Assembly: GCA_963805555.1 (NCBI GenBank)
Contig: CAWDUY010000018.1
Coordinates: 213,364-277,363 of the forward strand
Direction of reading: 5' to 3'
Length of the DNA stretch: 64,000 nt
Source: an uncultured Actinomycetota bacterium
Lineage (GTDB): Bacteria > Actinomycetota > Actinomycetes > Mycobacteriales > Nakamurellaceae
In this document: positions 35,531 to 44,738 of the stretch, piece by piece
Layout of the letters: every line of letters starts with the position of its first letter
Position numbering within the stretch: position 1 is the stretch's first letter
The notes under the pieces: model-generated
Databases searched by the model: none
What the model was told of the DNA's origin: nothing
Seen by the model: the letters and a program-made list of their open reading frames with translations, nothing else
Position numbers and translations under genes: made by a program

Positions 35531-36667
35531 ATGACTGAGCGACAGCGAATTCGACCCGAAACGATTGCGGTGACAGCCGGACGACCGCCCGCCACCGCGG
35601 GTCAGCCGATGAATGTCCCGCTCGTGCTCGCGTCGAACTTCCGGGCCGGCACCCCCGAGCTGCCGGTGAACGAGTACTCCCGAGACGGCGGAACCGCCAG
35701 TTGGCATGCCCTGGAGGACGCGGTTGGCGCGCTGGAGGGTGGCTCCGCAGTGGCGTTCGGGTCCGGGATGGGCGCGGCCGCAGCAATTCTCGACCTCGTT
35801 CCGGCCGGCGCGCATGTCGTCGTGCCGACCGATTCCTACGCCGGCGTACGGGCGCTCTTGGGTGATGGTGCACTCATCGGACGGTGGAAGGTGACGACGG
35901 TCGACATCACCGACACCGCGGCAACGCAGCAGGCGGCGTGGGCTGCGGACCTGCTGTGGCTGGAGTCGCCGACCAATCCGTTGCTGGACGTTGCCGACCT
36001 GCCGGTGCTGTGCCGGTTCGGTCGGGAACGCGGCGCGCTGGTTGTCGTGGACAACACCTTCGCCACCCCCCTGTTGCAGCGCCCGCTGGAGTTCGGTGCC
36101 GACCTGGTGATGCACAGCGCGACCAAGTTCATCGGTGGGCATTCGGATCTACTGCTGGGGCTGGCGGTCACCGCCGATCCCGACCTGCTGGCCCGGGTGC
36201 GGCGCCGGCAGAAGTTGGCCGGGGCGATTCCGGGGGCGCTCGAGGCGTACCTGGCGCTGCGCGGCCTGCGAACCCTGCCGCTCCGCCTGGCCCGGGCGCA
36301 GGAGTCGGCGGGCGAACTGGCTCGGCGGCTGCTGCGGCACCCTGCGGTGACGAGAGTGCGTTACCCGGGGTTGCCGGACGACCCCGGGCACCAGCGGGCG
36401 GCGGCGCAGATGGACGGGTTCGGCGCCATGCTGTCGTTCGAGGTCGCGGGCGGGGCGCCGGCCGCGGACGCGGTGTGCGCGGCGGTCCGGATTGTGGTCA
36501 GCGCGACCAGCCTGGGCGGGGTCGAATCGACGATGGAACGCCGGGCGAAACTGGCTGGGCAGGAGGATGTTCCGCCGGGCCTGCTGCGGCTGAGCGTCGG
36601 GATCGAACACATCGAGGACCTCTGGACCGACCTGGACGCGGCGTTGACCGAAGCCGTCCAGACCTGA
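35531..36667 (+). CDS. PLP-dependent trans-sulfuration enzyme (cystathionine gamma-synthase/lyase family)
   Basis: MTERQRIRPETIAVTAGR... with PLP-lysine motif HSATKFIGGHSD. The track ORF from 35423 is extended through the repeats. Confidence 0.85.
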   Translation: MTERQRIRPETIAVTAGRPPATAGQPMNVPLVLASNFRAGTPELPVNEYSRDGGTASWHALEDAVGALEGGSAVAFGSGMGAAAAILDLVPAGAHVVVPTDSYAGVRALLGDGALIGRWKVTTVDITDTAATQQAAWAADLLWLESPTNPLLDVADLPVLCRFGRERGALVVVDNTFATPLLQRPLEFGADLVMHSATKFIGGHSDLLLGLAVTADPDLLARVRRRQKLAGAIPGALEAYLALRGLRTLPLRLARAQESAGELARRLLRHPAVTRVRYPGLPDDPGHQRAAAQMDGFGAMLSFEVAGGAPAADAVCAAVRIVVSATSLGGVESTMERRAKLAGQEDVPPGLLRLSVGIEHIEDLWTDLDAALTEAVQT

Positions 36668-36758
36668 GGAGTGGCGCGATCCGAACACTGACCCCTGCGC
36701 TGGGGAGCCAAACGGCGCCCGATCGATGATCGGGCGCCGCTTCGAGTGCAGTGGTCGG

Positions 36759-37484
36759 TCAGCTGCCGGTCCGGCCCTGCCGGGTTCCGACGACGATCGC
36801 CGCAGCACCGCCGAGCATGATCAGCAGACCGATCACCGTGACCAGAATCCACAGACCCGTCGACGACGGCAGGCTGGCGCCGATTTCCGCGCTGGTGATG
36901 ATCCCGGCGGTGCCGTCGGCGTTCATCACGACGACCTCGTAATCGCCGGCTTCCAGGGCCCAGCTGAGCTCGGCCTCGTTGGTGGATTCCGCTGCCGCGA
37001 CCCAGAAAGACTGGGCGCCAGGGGCTTCGGCGGTCAGTGACCCGCCGTCGGTCCTGGTCCGCAGGTCGAACGGGGACAGCTCAAGGTCGACGACCCGCTC
37101 GGTGGCCACATTGTCGAGGTAACGCTCGACGTCGTCGGCGGGGCCGACACCGACGAAAACCCCGCTGTCGGTGACGTTCTGCGCGGAGATGTGCAGGGTC
37201 GGTGAGCCGGTGAGGAACTCCCAGCCGTGGATGTTCTCGATGTGCCCGATGTCGCTGACGATCGCCGAGCTGGACGTGGAGATCGTGTGCGCGTCGGAGC
37301 TGATCGGCCGGCCGTCGCCGAACATCGCCAGCAGGACGCCGCCGGATACCGCGGTGAGGAACCCGCTGGCGGCCAGCACCGTCCCGACGATGATCGCCGC
37401 GGTGCCACGCTGGTGGCCCACCGGGGCCGGCGGCGCCGGGTACGGGGACTGCGGGGCGCTGTAGTTGTCGTTGATGGTGGTCAT
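36759..37484 (-). CDS. hypothetical membrane protein (TM segment at each end, extracytoplasmic middle domain)
   Basis: 241-aa ORF with a Pro-rich N-terminus. TM segments are AAIIVGTVLAASGFLTAVSGGVLLAMF and LWILVTVIGLLIMLGGAAAIVVG. Confidence 0.6.
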   Translation of the reverse strand: MTTINDNYSAPQSPYPAPPAPVGHQRGTAAIIVGTVLAASGFLTAVSGGVLLAMFGDGRPISSDAHTISTSSSAIVSDIGHIENIHGWEFLTGSPTLHISAQNVTDSGVFVGVGPADDVERYLDNVATERVVDLELSPFDLRTRTDGGSLTAEAPGAQSFWVAAAESTNEAELSWALEAGDYEVVVMNADGTAGIITSAEIGASLPSSTGLWILVTVIGLLIMLGGAAAIVVGTRQGRTGS

Positions 37485-37613
37485 GGCGTTCTCCCGGATG
37501 GGTGAGATTCGCGGCGCATCGGACCCTTCCGGTGCTCCGGTTCCGACTGCTCATCGGCACAACCACAACGTTAGGCAGCACAGAACCCGCAGGTCAGAGC
37601 GTTATCCGCCGTA

Positions 37614-38603
37614 TTAGCCGAGGTGATCGGCACAATGACGGCGGGTTGACCCACCTCCCGGCGCCGGGTCACCCCCGGCGCGGCCGGGATTGCCACCCCC
37701 GGCGCCGCTGGCAGTGGCGGCCGCCACGGTCACCACGGCGTTCGCGGCGACCACGACGATGATGCCGATCCACTCGTGCAGCGCGGGTTGCTGACCGAGT
37801 AGCAGCACGCCGGACACGGCGGCCAGCACCGGGTTGATGCTCATGAAAACCCCGAAGAATGACGCCGAGACCCGCCGCAGTGCCAGCAGATCGGCCACAT
37901 ACGGGACCACCGAGGACAGCAGTCCGGCTGCCGCCGCGAACAGCAACCCGACCCCGACGAACCGCCCGTCGGCGATCATGACGGCCGCGACGGGGAGGTA
38001 GATCAACGCCGAGACTGACGTTGCCGCTGCCGGTGCCTGCAGACCCGGCAGGCGGGCGCCGACGATGCGGTTCAGCAGAATGTAGGCCGCCCAACAGGTC
38101 GCCGCCAGCATGCCGAGGGCAACACCGACGTAGTCCGTCGACGGGCCAGGCAGGATCAGCAGGTAGACCCCGGCGCCGGCGAGCACCGCGCACCACAGTT
38201 CCAGCCGGCCACGCGCACCTGCCAGGCCAACCGCCAGCGGACCCAGGAACTCCAGGGTCACCGCCAGACCCAGCCCGATCCGGTCGATCGCGGAGTACAA
38301 GCTGATGTTCATCACGGCGAAGACCACGCCCAGCAGCAGCGTTGGCCACCACTGAGCCCAGGTGAAGCGACGAAAGGCCGGGCGGGCGACCGGCAGCAGG
38401 ACTGCCGCGGCGACGAACTGCCGCACGGCCACCACCCCGACCGGGCCGATCGAGCCGAAGGCGTGGCTGCCGATCGCCGCACCGACCTGGTTGCTGGCCC
38501 CGCTGCCGAGCATCGTGGCAATCCCAATGGCCAGGGATCGCGGGGTCATCGACGTGCTCGGGCCGGCGGTCGCAGCGACCGGCGCGATGTCTGTCTGGCT
38601 CAT
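37614..38603 (-). CDS. EamA/DMT-family transporter
   Basis: About 10 TM segments with Gly/Ala/Leu-rich duplicated EamA-like halves. Divergent from a LysR regulator. The start is taken at ATG 38603. Confidence 0.75.
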   Translation of the reverse strand: MSQTDIAPVAATAGPSTSMTPRSLAIGIATMLGSGASNQVGAAIGSHAFGSIGPVGVVAVRQFVAAAVLLPVARPAFRRFTWAQWWPTLLLGVVFAVMNISLYSAIDRIGLGLAVTLEFLGPLAVGLAGARGRLELWCAVLAGAGVYLLILPGPSTDYVGVALGMLAATCWAAYILLNRIVGARLPGLQAPAAATSVSALIYLPVAAVMIADGRFVGVGLLFAAAAGLLSSVVPYVADLLALRRVSASFFGVFMSINPVLAAVSGVLLLGQQPALHEWIGIIVVVAANAVVTVAAATASGAGGGNPGRAGGDPAPGGGSTRRHCADHLG

Positions 38604-38624
38604 GGATGCAGTCTTCGGGCTACC

Positions 38625-38641
38625 CATTCATAACAGAAATG
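38625..38641. promoter_or_regulatory. LysR-type T-N11-A inverted repeat
   Basis: CATTcataacagaAATG lies in the 68-bp AT-richer divergent spacer between the EamA and LysR genes. Confidence 0.45.
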
Positions 38642-38671
38642 CATTTACTGCCCTACCTATACGCTCCGCGT

Positions 38672-39577
38672 ATGGATGTGCAGCTCAGTCAGCTCCGCGC
38701 CCTGGTGGCTATCGACCAGGCGGGCACGTTCACCGACGCAGCAGCGCAGATCGGTGTGTCCCAGGCAGCTGTCTCGCGATCGATCGCGGGCCTGGAAGCT
38801 GCACTCGGCGTCCGAGTCCTTGATCGCACCACCAGGCAGGTCTCGTTCACGGCCACCGGCGCACGGGTGCTGCCCAGTGCACAACGGGTGCTGGAGGAGG
38901 TGAACCATCTGCGCCACATCGCCATGGGGCCGGCCGGCGAACTTCGGATCGGTTACGCCTGGGGTGCTTTCGGCCGGCACACCAGAGCGATGCAACGCCA
39001 ATGGTCGACCACCCACCCCGACATGCCGCTGGTCTTCGTGCAGTCCAACACGCCGACGGCGGGCCTGCGCGAAGGCATTGCCGATGTCGCCATTGCTCGG
39101 ACACCAGTGGACGACCGGCGCTTCGACAGCGCCATGGTCGGCGTCGAAGCGCGATACGCCGCCGTCGCCACGGACAACACCCTGGCTCGGCGCCGTACTC
39201 TGCGCCTGGCCGACCTCAGCAGGCACACCATTGCGATCGACACCCAGACCGGAACAACGACACCGGAACTGCTCCACACGCTGGGCAAGCCCACGGCGAC
39301 CCGGTCCGTCCGGGGCGTCGACGAATGGCTCACCCTGATCGCCGCCGGACAGGCCGTTGGCATCACCTCGGAGGCCACCGCCAATCAGAACCCGCGGCCC
39401 GGGGTCGCCTACCGTGCGCTCCGCGATGCCCCACCGATACCGGTGTCGATCGTGTGGTGGAAGGACGAAGCACCCCGGCAGCTCGCCGACCTGCTCACCC
39501 TGGCCAGTGCCGCCTTCCGCGTGCAGGACCGATCCCAGCACCGTTCCGCGGAACCGACAGATCAGCGGCCGGAGTAA
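38672..39577 (+). CDS. LysR-family transcriptional regulator
   Basis: MDVQLSQLRALVAIDQAGTFTDAAAQIGVSQAAVSRSIAGLE is a wHTH, followed by a LysR substrate-binding domain. Confidence 0.88.
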   Translation: MDVQLSQLRALVAIDQAGTFTDAAAQIGVSQAAVSRSIAGLEAALGVRVLDRTTRQVSFTATGARVLPSAQRVLEEVNHLRHIAMGPAGELRIGYAWGAFGRHTRAMQRQWSTTHPDMPLVFVQSNTPTAGLREGIADVAIARTPVDDRRFDSAMVGVEARYAAVATDNTLARRRTLRLADLSRHTIAIDTQTGTTTPELLHTLGKPTATRSVRGVDEWLTLIAAGQAVGITSEATANQNPRPGVAYRALRDAPPIPVSIVWWKDEAPRQLADLLTLASAAFRVQDRSQHRSAEPTDQRPE

Positions 39578-39980
39578 TCGTGCGGTGCAGAACTGCCCGG
39601 GCGTCCCCCCATCGGTGGACTGCCGGATCAACCGAACGCTCCCCCAGCTGACGGACGGTTCATCCCGCTCGTTGGCGCGACAGTAGAGATGTCGAGTTCG
39701 ACGGTCGTGGGACAGCCGAAGGACAGTTCGATCACACCGGCGAAGACCGCGGCAATGATCGGGGTGGCACGCCGGAACGAGGGGTCCGGCGCTGACATCG
39801 ACCACGACACGGCGGCGCCGCCCTGGGGGTGACGGCGCCGCTCGCGTGTCTCGGCGCCGCTGGCCTGTCATCGGCGTCGCTTGCGATCCGCTCGCGCCGG
39901 GTGTTCGAGATGCTCAAGTCCGGCCGACGCCGAAGCGGCTCAGTGTTCCGTGCCGGTGCGCACCGGCGGCTGGTCTGAAG

Positions 39981-40541
39981 TTAGGAGGTGACCGGGATGC
40001 CGGGCAGTCCGTCGATACTGACGGAGTTGTGCTTGCGCTGATAGTCGTGGAAATAGTCCTCGTCCCGGCGCTCCTGAGACTTGTCGAGAATGTCCCGGTC
40101 CTGTTGAAAGTCCATCAACGGCAATGAGAATCCGCAGCTGTCCGAGATCCGGGTCAACTCGGCGACGATGATCGAACGCTGACCGGCGGTGCGGTCTTTG
40201 TCGAAAGCAGTGCGCAGCTCGGCGAACTCGGCATCGCTGGGCAACACGACCCGGCCCTTGCCGTGCAGGCGGACGATCTTCGGCGGTCCGTCGAACGCGC
40301 AGAACATGATCACGATCCGGGCGTTCTCCCGGAGATGGGCGATGGTCTCCGCACCCGATCCGGTGTAGTCCAGGTATCCCACCGTTCGAGGTCCGAGGAT
40401 CGCGAAGGTCCCGCCCATGCCCTTCGGCGAGACATTCACGTTCCCGTCGGCGCCCACCGGCGCGGTGCCGACGAAGAAGATGTGTTGCTGCTGGATCCAG
40501 TCAGACATCTTGTCGTCGATCTCTGCAAAGACTTTGGCCAT
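39981..40541 (-). CDS. pyridoxamine 5'-phosphate oxidase family protein
   Basis: MAKVFAEIDDKMSDWIQQQHIFFVGTAPVGADGNVNVSPKG... 186 aa from the ATG at 40541. Confidence 0.7.
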   Translation of the reverse strand: MAKVFAEIDDKMSDWIQQQHIFFVGTAPVGADGNVNVSPKGMGGTFAILGPRTVGYLDYTGSGAETIAHLRENARIVIMFCAFDGPPKIVRLHGKGRVVLPSDAEFAELRTAFDKDRTAGQRSIIVAELTRISDSCGFSLPLMDFQQDRDILDKSQERRDEDYFHDYQRKHNSVSIDGLPGIPVTS

Positions 40542-40645
40542 GGCTCGATCGTGCCAGCTGGGCCGACGGCGCCCGACCGCCCTGCCTCGCGGGCAGCGCG
40601 AAGCGAAACCGCAGGGCGCCCGACCAGGGCGCCCCGCGGTTGAGC

Positions 40646-43597
40646 TCAGCTGCAGCCCGAGGTGGAGCCGCACCCTTCACACAGGTAGCACGCACCGGAC
40701 GGGCGCATCTTCGTCCCGCAGGTAAAGCAGAGCGGTGCATCGGCGGATTTCCCGATGACCATCTCCAACAGCTCGATCGAGGAGCCGGCCTTGCCGGTGC
40801 CACGGGGCGCCGATGTCTTCGCCTCGGTTGCCGGTGTGCCGGATTCGACGGCCGGCCGAACGACCGGCGTCGCGTCAACGGTCGTCCGCAGGTCTTCGAC
40901 GACATGCGCTGCGTCCGTGGCATTTTCACCGCCGCCGTAGCTGGCGGAAACCTGCGCCACGCGCTCCTCGGCCGAGTAGATGCCCAGCTCGGCGCGGGCG
41001 TCGACCGGCAGGTAGTCCAGTGCGATCCGGCGGAACAGGTAGTCCATCACCGAGGTGGCGATCCGGACGTCCGGATCGTCGGTCATGCCGGCCGGCTCGA
41101 AGCGCAGGTTGGTGAACTTCGCGACGTAGGACTCCAGCGGAATCCCGTACTGCAGCCCGACCGACACGGCAATGGAGAACGCGTCCATCACGCCCGCGAG
41201 CGTCGAGCCCTGCTTGCCGAGCTTGATGAACACCTCACCCAGGCCGTCGTCGGGGTAGGAACCGGTGGTCAGGTAACCCTCGGCACCACCGACAGTGAAC
41301 GACACCGTCTGGGACGGGCGCTTTTTCGGCAGCCGGCGGCGCACGGGACCGGTGACGACGGGTGCCGCAGGGATCGCCTCCACAGCTGCGCCCACCGAAG
41401 CGTCCGCGGACTGTTCACCGTGGTTCTTGTTGGACGCGGACAGCGGCTGCCCGACCTTGCAGTTGTCCCGGTAAATGGCGAGCGCCTTGAGGCCCATCTT
41501 CCAGCCCTGCTGGTAGATCTCCGCGACGTCGGCGACGCTCGCGTTCTCCGGCATGTTGACGGTCTTGGAGATGGCCCCGGAGATGAACGGCTGCACGGCG
41601 GCCATCATCCGTACGTGACCCATCGGGGCGATCGAACGGGCGCCCATGGCACAGTCGAAGACCTCGTAGTGCTCCCGCTTGAGGCCGGGCGCGTCAATGA
41701 CGTGGCCGTGCTCGGCGATGAACTCGACGATCGCTTCGATGGATTCTTCCTGGTAGCCGAGCGAGCGCAGCGCCTGCGGCACCGTCTGGTTGACGATCTG
41801 CATGGATCCGCCGCCGACCAGCTTCTTGAACTTGACCAGCGCGAGATCCGGCTCGATGCCGGTGGTGTCGCAATCCATCATCAGCCCGATGGTGCCGGTC
41901 GGCGCCAACACCGAGGCCTGCGCGTTGCGGTAGCCGTTCTTCTCGCCGGTGGCGATCGTCTCGGCCCACACCTGGGTGGCGAGCTTGAGCGTGACCGCGT
42001 CATTGCCGCCGACCGCGCGGATGTAGTCGTTCGCGGCAGCGTGCTTGCGGATGACCCGCTTGTGCGCGTCGATGTTCCTGGCGTAGCCGTCGTACGGGCC
42101 GACGACGCCGGCCAGCTCGGCGGACCGCTTGTAGGCGACGCCGTTCATCAGCGAGGTGATCGCGGCCGCCAGCGACCGCCCACCCTCGGAGTCGTACGCA
42201 TGACCGGTGGCCATCAACAGCGCACCCAGGTTCGCGTAGCCGACACCCAGCTGCCGGAACGCCCTGGTGGTCTCGGCGATCGGCTGCGTCGGGAAGTCGG
42301 CGAAGCAGATCGAGATGTCCATGGCGGTGATGACGAACTCAACGGCCTTGGCGAAGGTCGCCGCATCGAAAACGCCGTCAGCGGACAGGAACTTCATCAG
42401 GTTCAACGAGGCGAGGTTGCAGGACGAGTTGTCCAGGTGCATGTACTCGCTGCACGGGTTCGAGGCGTTGATCCGGCCCGATTCCGGGCTGGTGTGCCAG
42501 TCGTTGATGGTGTCGTCGTACTGGATGCCCGGGTCCGCGCAGTCCCATGCCGCCTGCGTGATCTTGCCGAAAAGCTCTCGCGCATCGACGGTCTCGATGA
42601 CCTCACCGGTCTGCCGGGCCCGCAACCCGAACTCTGAGCCGGCATCGACCGCCCGCATGAACTCGTCGGACACCCGTACCGAGTTGTTCGCGTTCTGGTA
42701 CTGCACGGAGATGATGTCCTCACCGCCCAGGTCCATGTCGAACCCGGCGTCCCGGAGCACCCGGATCTTCCGCTCCTCCTTCGCCTTGGTCTCGACGAAC
42801 TCTGCGATGTCGGGGTGATCGACGTCCAGCACGACCATCTTCGCGGCCCGGCGGGTCGCGCCACCGGACTTGATGGTCCCGGCCGAGGCGTCGGCCCCGC
42901 GCATGAACGAGACCGGACCGGACGCCGTCCCGCCGGAGGACAGCAGTTCCTTCGACGAGCGGATGCGGGACAGGTTGAGGCCGGCGCCGGAACCACCCTT
43001 GAAGATCAGCCCTTCTTCCCGGTACCAGTTGAGGATGGCGTCCATGGTGTCGTCGACGGACAGGATGAAGCAGGCCGAAACCTGTTGCGGGGATGACGTT
43101 CCGACGTTGAACCAGACCGGCGAGTTGAACGCGAACACCTGGTGCAGCAGCATCCAGGTCAGCTCATGGGCGAAGATCTCCTCGTCCTCGTCGGTGGCGA
43201 AGTAGCCGTGCTCGACACCGGCGGTGGTGTACTTGCCGACCACCCGGTCGATGATCTGCCGCAGGCTCGACTCGCGCACCGGGGTGCCGACGGCGCCGCG
43301 GAAGTACTTGCTGGTGACGATGTTGGTGGCGTTCACCGACCAGAACTCGGGGAATTCGACGCCGCGCTGTTCGAAGTTGACCGTGCCGTCCCGCCAGTTG
43401 GTCATCACGACATCGCGGCGCTGCCAGGTCACCTCGTCATAAGGGTGGACCCCGGCGGTGGTGAACAGTCGCTCCAAGCGCATGCCGCGGGTACCTCCGG
43501 TGCTAGCAGACTGGGCAGAGCGCGCCCGGCGACTCTTGGTGCCGGCGCCGTGCCCTCCGTTGGCCGACGAACCGGGCGCCCCGATGGTCTCTGTCAT
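40646..43597 (-). CDS. nrdJ: vitamin B12-dependent (class II) ribonucleotide reductase
   Basis: About 980 aa. Active-site region NPCSEYMHLDNSSCNLASLNL and C-terminal Cys cluster CFTCGTKMRPSGACYLCEGCGSTSGCS. RBS ggggaaggaaa precedes the ATG at 43597. It lies downstream of nrdR. Confidence 0.9.
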   Translation of the reverse strand: MTETIGAPGSSANGGHGAGTKSRRARSAQSASTGGTRGMRLERLFTTAGVHPYDEVTWQRRDVVMTNWRDGTVNFEQRGVEFPEFWSVNATNIVTSKYFRGAVGTPVRESSLRQIIDRVVGKYTTAGVEHGYFATDEDEEIFAHELTWMLLHQVFAFNSPVWFNVGTSSPQQVSACFILSVDDTMDAILNWYREEGLIFKGGSGAGLNLSRIRSSKELLSSGGTASGPVSFMRGADASAGTIKSGGATRRAAKMVVLDVDHPDIAEFVETKAKEERKIRVLRDAGFDMDLGGEDIISVQYQNANNSVRVSDEFMRAVDAGSEFGLRARQTGEVIETVDARELFGKITQAAWDCADPGIQYDDTINDWHTSPESGRINASNPCSEYMHLDNSSCNLASLNLMKFLSADGVFDAATFAKAVEFVITAMDISICFADFPTQPIAETTRAFRQLGVGYANLGALLMATGHAYDSEGGRSLAAAITSLMNGVAYKRSAELAGVVGPYDGYARNIDAHKRVIRKHAAANDYIRAVGGNDAVTLKLATQVWAETIATGEKNGYRNAQASVLAPTGTIGLMMDCDTTGIEPDLALVKFKKLVGGGSMQIVNQTVPQALRSLGYQEESIEAIVEFIAEHGHVIDAPGLKREHYEVFDCAMGARSIAPMGHVRMMAAVQPFISGAISKTVNMPENASVADVAEIYQQGWKMGLKALAIYRDNCKVGQPLSASNKNHGEQSADASVGAAVEAIPAAPVVTGPVRRRLPKKRPSQTVSFTVGGAEGYLTTGSYPDDGLGEVFIKLGKQGSTLAGVMDAFSIAVSVGLQYGIPLESYVAKFTNLRFEPAGMTDDPDVRIATSVMDYLFRRIALDYLPVDARAELGIYSAEERVAQVSASYGGGENATDAAHVVEDLRTTVDATPVVRPAVESGTPATEAKTSAPRGTGKAGSSIELLEMVIGKSADAPLCFTCGTKMRPSGACYLCEGCGSTSGCS

Positions 43598-43752
43598 GTG
43601 TTTCCTTCCCCTGGCGGTTGCTCCCCCGAAGATGCGGCAAGAGCGAGACTGAAGTTGTCGAGATGTCTGTGTGGTGTCGGCGATCACTGCGATCAGAGCG
43701 GCCCGATCCGACGAGGCCTGCCCTTGTGGCCGGGTGTTGCCGACGGCGGATT

Positions 43753-44301
43753 TCAGCCGATGCCGACCGGCGGTGGCCGCTGCGGACTGGGCGGATCGCC
43801 GCTGCGCCGACCGGGATCGGCCGGGGCGGCTGGCGATTCGGTGGCGGCCGACGACTCAGCGCCGGACTGCATGGCTCTGATCTCCTCGGCGAAATCCTCC
43901 GCAGACGTGAACGAGCGATACACCGATGCGAAGCGGAGGTAGGCGACCTCGTCCAGATCCCGGAGCGGCCCCAGAATGGCCAGCCCGACCTCCTGGCTCG
44001 GCACCTCCGCCTGGCCGGAACCGCGCACGGCCTCCTCGACCTGCTGGGCGAGTTGGGCAACTGCATCCGGGTCGACGGGCCGGCCCTGGCAGGCCCGGCT
44101 GACCCCGGCGATGACCTTGCTCCGGCTGAACGGTTCCGTCACGCCGCTGCGCTTGACGACGGACAGCAGCGATCCTTCCAGGGTGGTGAATCGGCGAGAA
44201 CACTCCGGGCAGGACCGGCGGCGACGGATGGCCTGACCGTCTTCCACCTCGCGGGAGTCGATAACCCGGGAATCCGGGTATCGACAGAACGGACATCGCA
44301 T
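43753..44301 (-). CDS. nrdR: transcriptional repressor NrdR
   Basis: [42 protein letters not shown] is a zinc ribbon, followed by an ATP-cone. RBS AGGAGG lies 7 nt before the ATG at 44301. Confidence 0.92.
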   Translation of the reverse strand: MRCPFCRYPDSRVIDSREVEDGQAIRRRRSCPECSRRFTTLEGSLLSVVKRSGVTEPFSRSKVIAGVSRACQGRPVDPDAVAQLAQQVEEAVRGSGQAEVPSQEVGLAILGPLRDLDEVAYLRFASVYRSFTSAEDFAEEIRAMQSGAESSAATESPAAPADPGRRSGDPPSPQRPPPVGIG

Positions 44302-44378
44302 GCGCACACCTCCTGTCGCCGTTGTCGAACTCGCTGCCTTGGTCGAATCGGCCCGCTCCGGGAGCCTTCGAGGTCATC

Positions 44379-44513
44379 TGTGGATGACCTGTTGACAACC
44401 CTGTGGATCGCTCTGTGGACAACGCAACGGTTCTTTGCCCGGACCTGATATCGACTGACTTTGTGGATCCTGATGTGCACGACCGGTGGGCAACTCTCGC
44501 GTCCTGTGGACAA
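44379..44513 (+). promoter_or_regulatory. cluster of DnaA-box motifs, all in one orientation
   Basis: TGTGGACAA (complement of TTGTCCACA) occurs perfectly at 44414-44422 and 44505-44513. Variants are TGTGGATGA (44379), TGTTGACAA (44390), TGTGGATCG (44402) and TGTGGATCC (44462). Weaker matches are TGTGCACGA (44474) and GTGGGCAA (44486). Confidence 0.6.
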
Positions 44514-44738
44514 CTACCCATCGGGGGTGGCACAACCTGTTGATATCTTACATCCGTGTAAGTACCAGATGTAGGGGTTGACGGTAGATTGCTCCGAACG
44601 AGCTTGCAAGCCCCGTCGGCGTGTCGGGGATGGGAATTCTCGGTCGGCGCGGCGCGGGGTGCCGGCGAATTGCCTGCCTCGATGTCCATGGGCGGAATTC
44701 ACCGGGTGGGCGAACCCGGCCATCACGGCCGGACGGAC

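Noticed and set aside
34519-36142. Minus-strand ORFs 34519-35595 (358 aa), 35258-36142 and 35292-35873
   Set aside because: They are kept open by the 71-bp repeats and by the antisense strands of alkB and the trans-sulfuration gene. Repeated peptide blocks are repeat artefacts, and there are no motifs.
38657-39871. 404-aa minus-strand ORF
   Set aside because: It is antisense to the LysR regulator, which has a clear wHTH and T-N11-A context.
40640-42637. 665-aa plus-strand ORF
   Set aside because: It lies entirely antisense to nrdJ, which has clear class II RNR motifs. Its translation is Arg/Gly/Asp/His-rich with no recognisable motifs. This is the typical high-GC shadow ORF.
43598-43752. 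Cobalamin riboswitch or NrdR boxes in the nrdR-nrdJ spacer
   Set aside because: I could not recognise a B12-box or an AT-rich 16-bp palindrome pair by eye. The spacer is short and GC-rich, consistent with simple co-transcription.
44379-44513. Chromosomal origin oriC
   Set aside because: DnaA boxes are present, but there are no dnaA, dnaN or rpmH neighbours. The locus sits in the nrdR upstream region, so it is treated as a regulatory or titration cluster instead.
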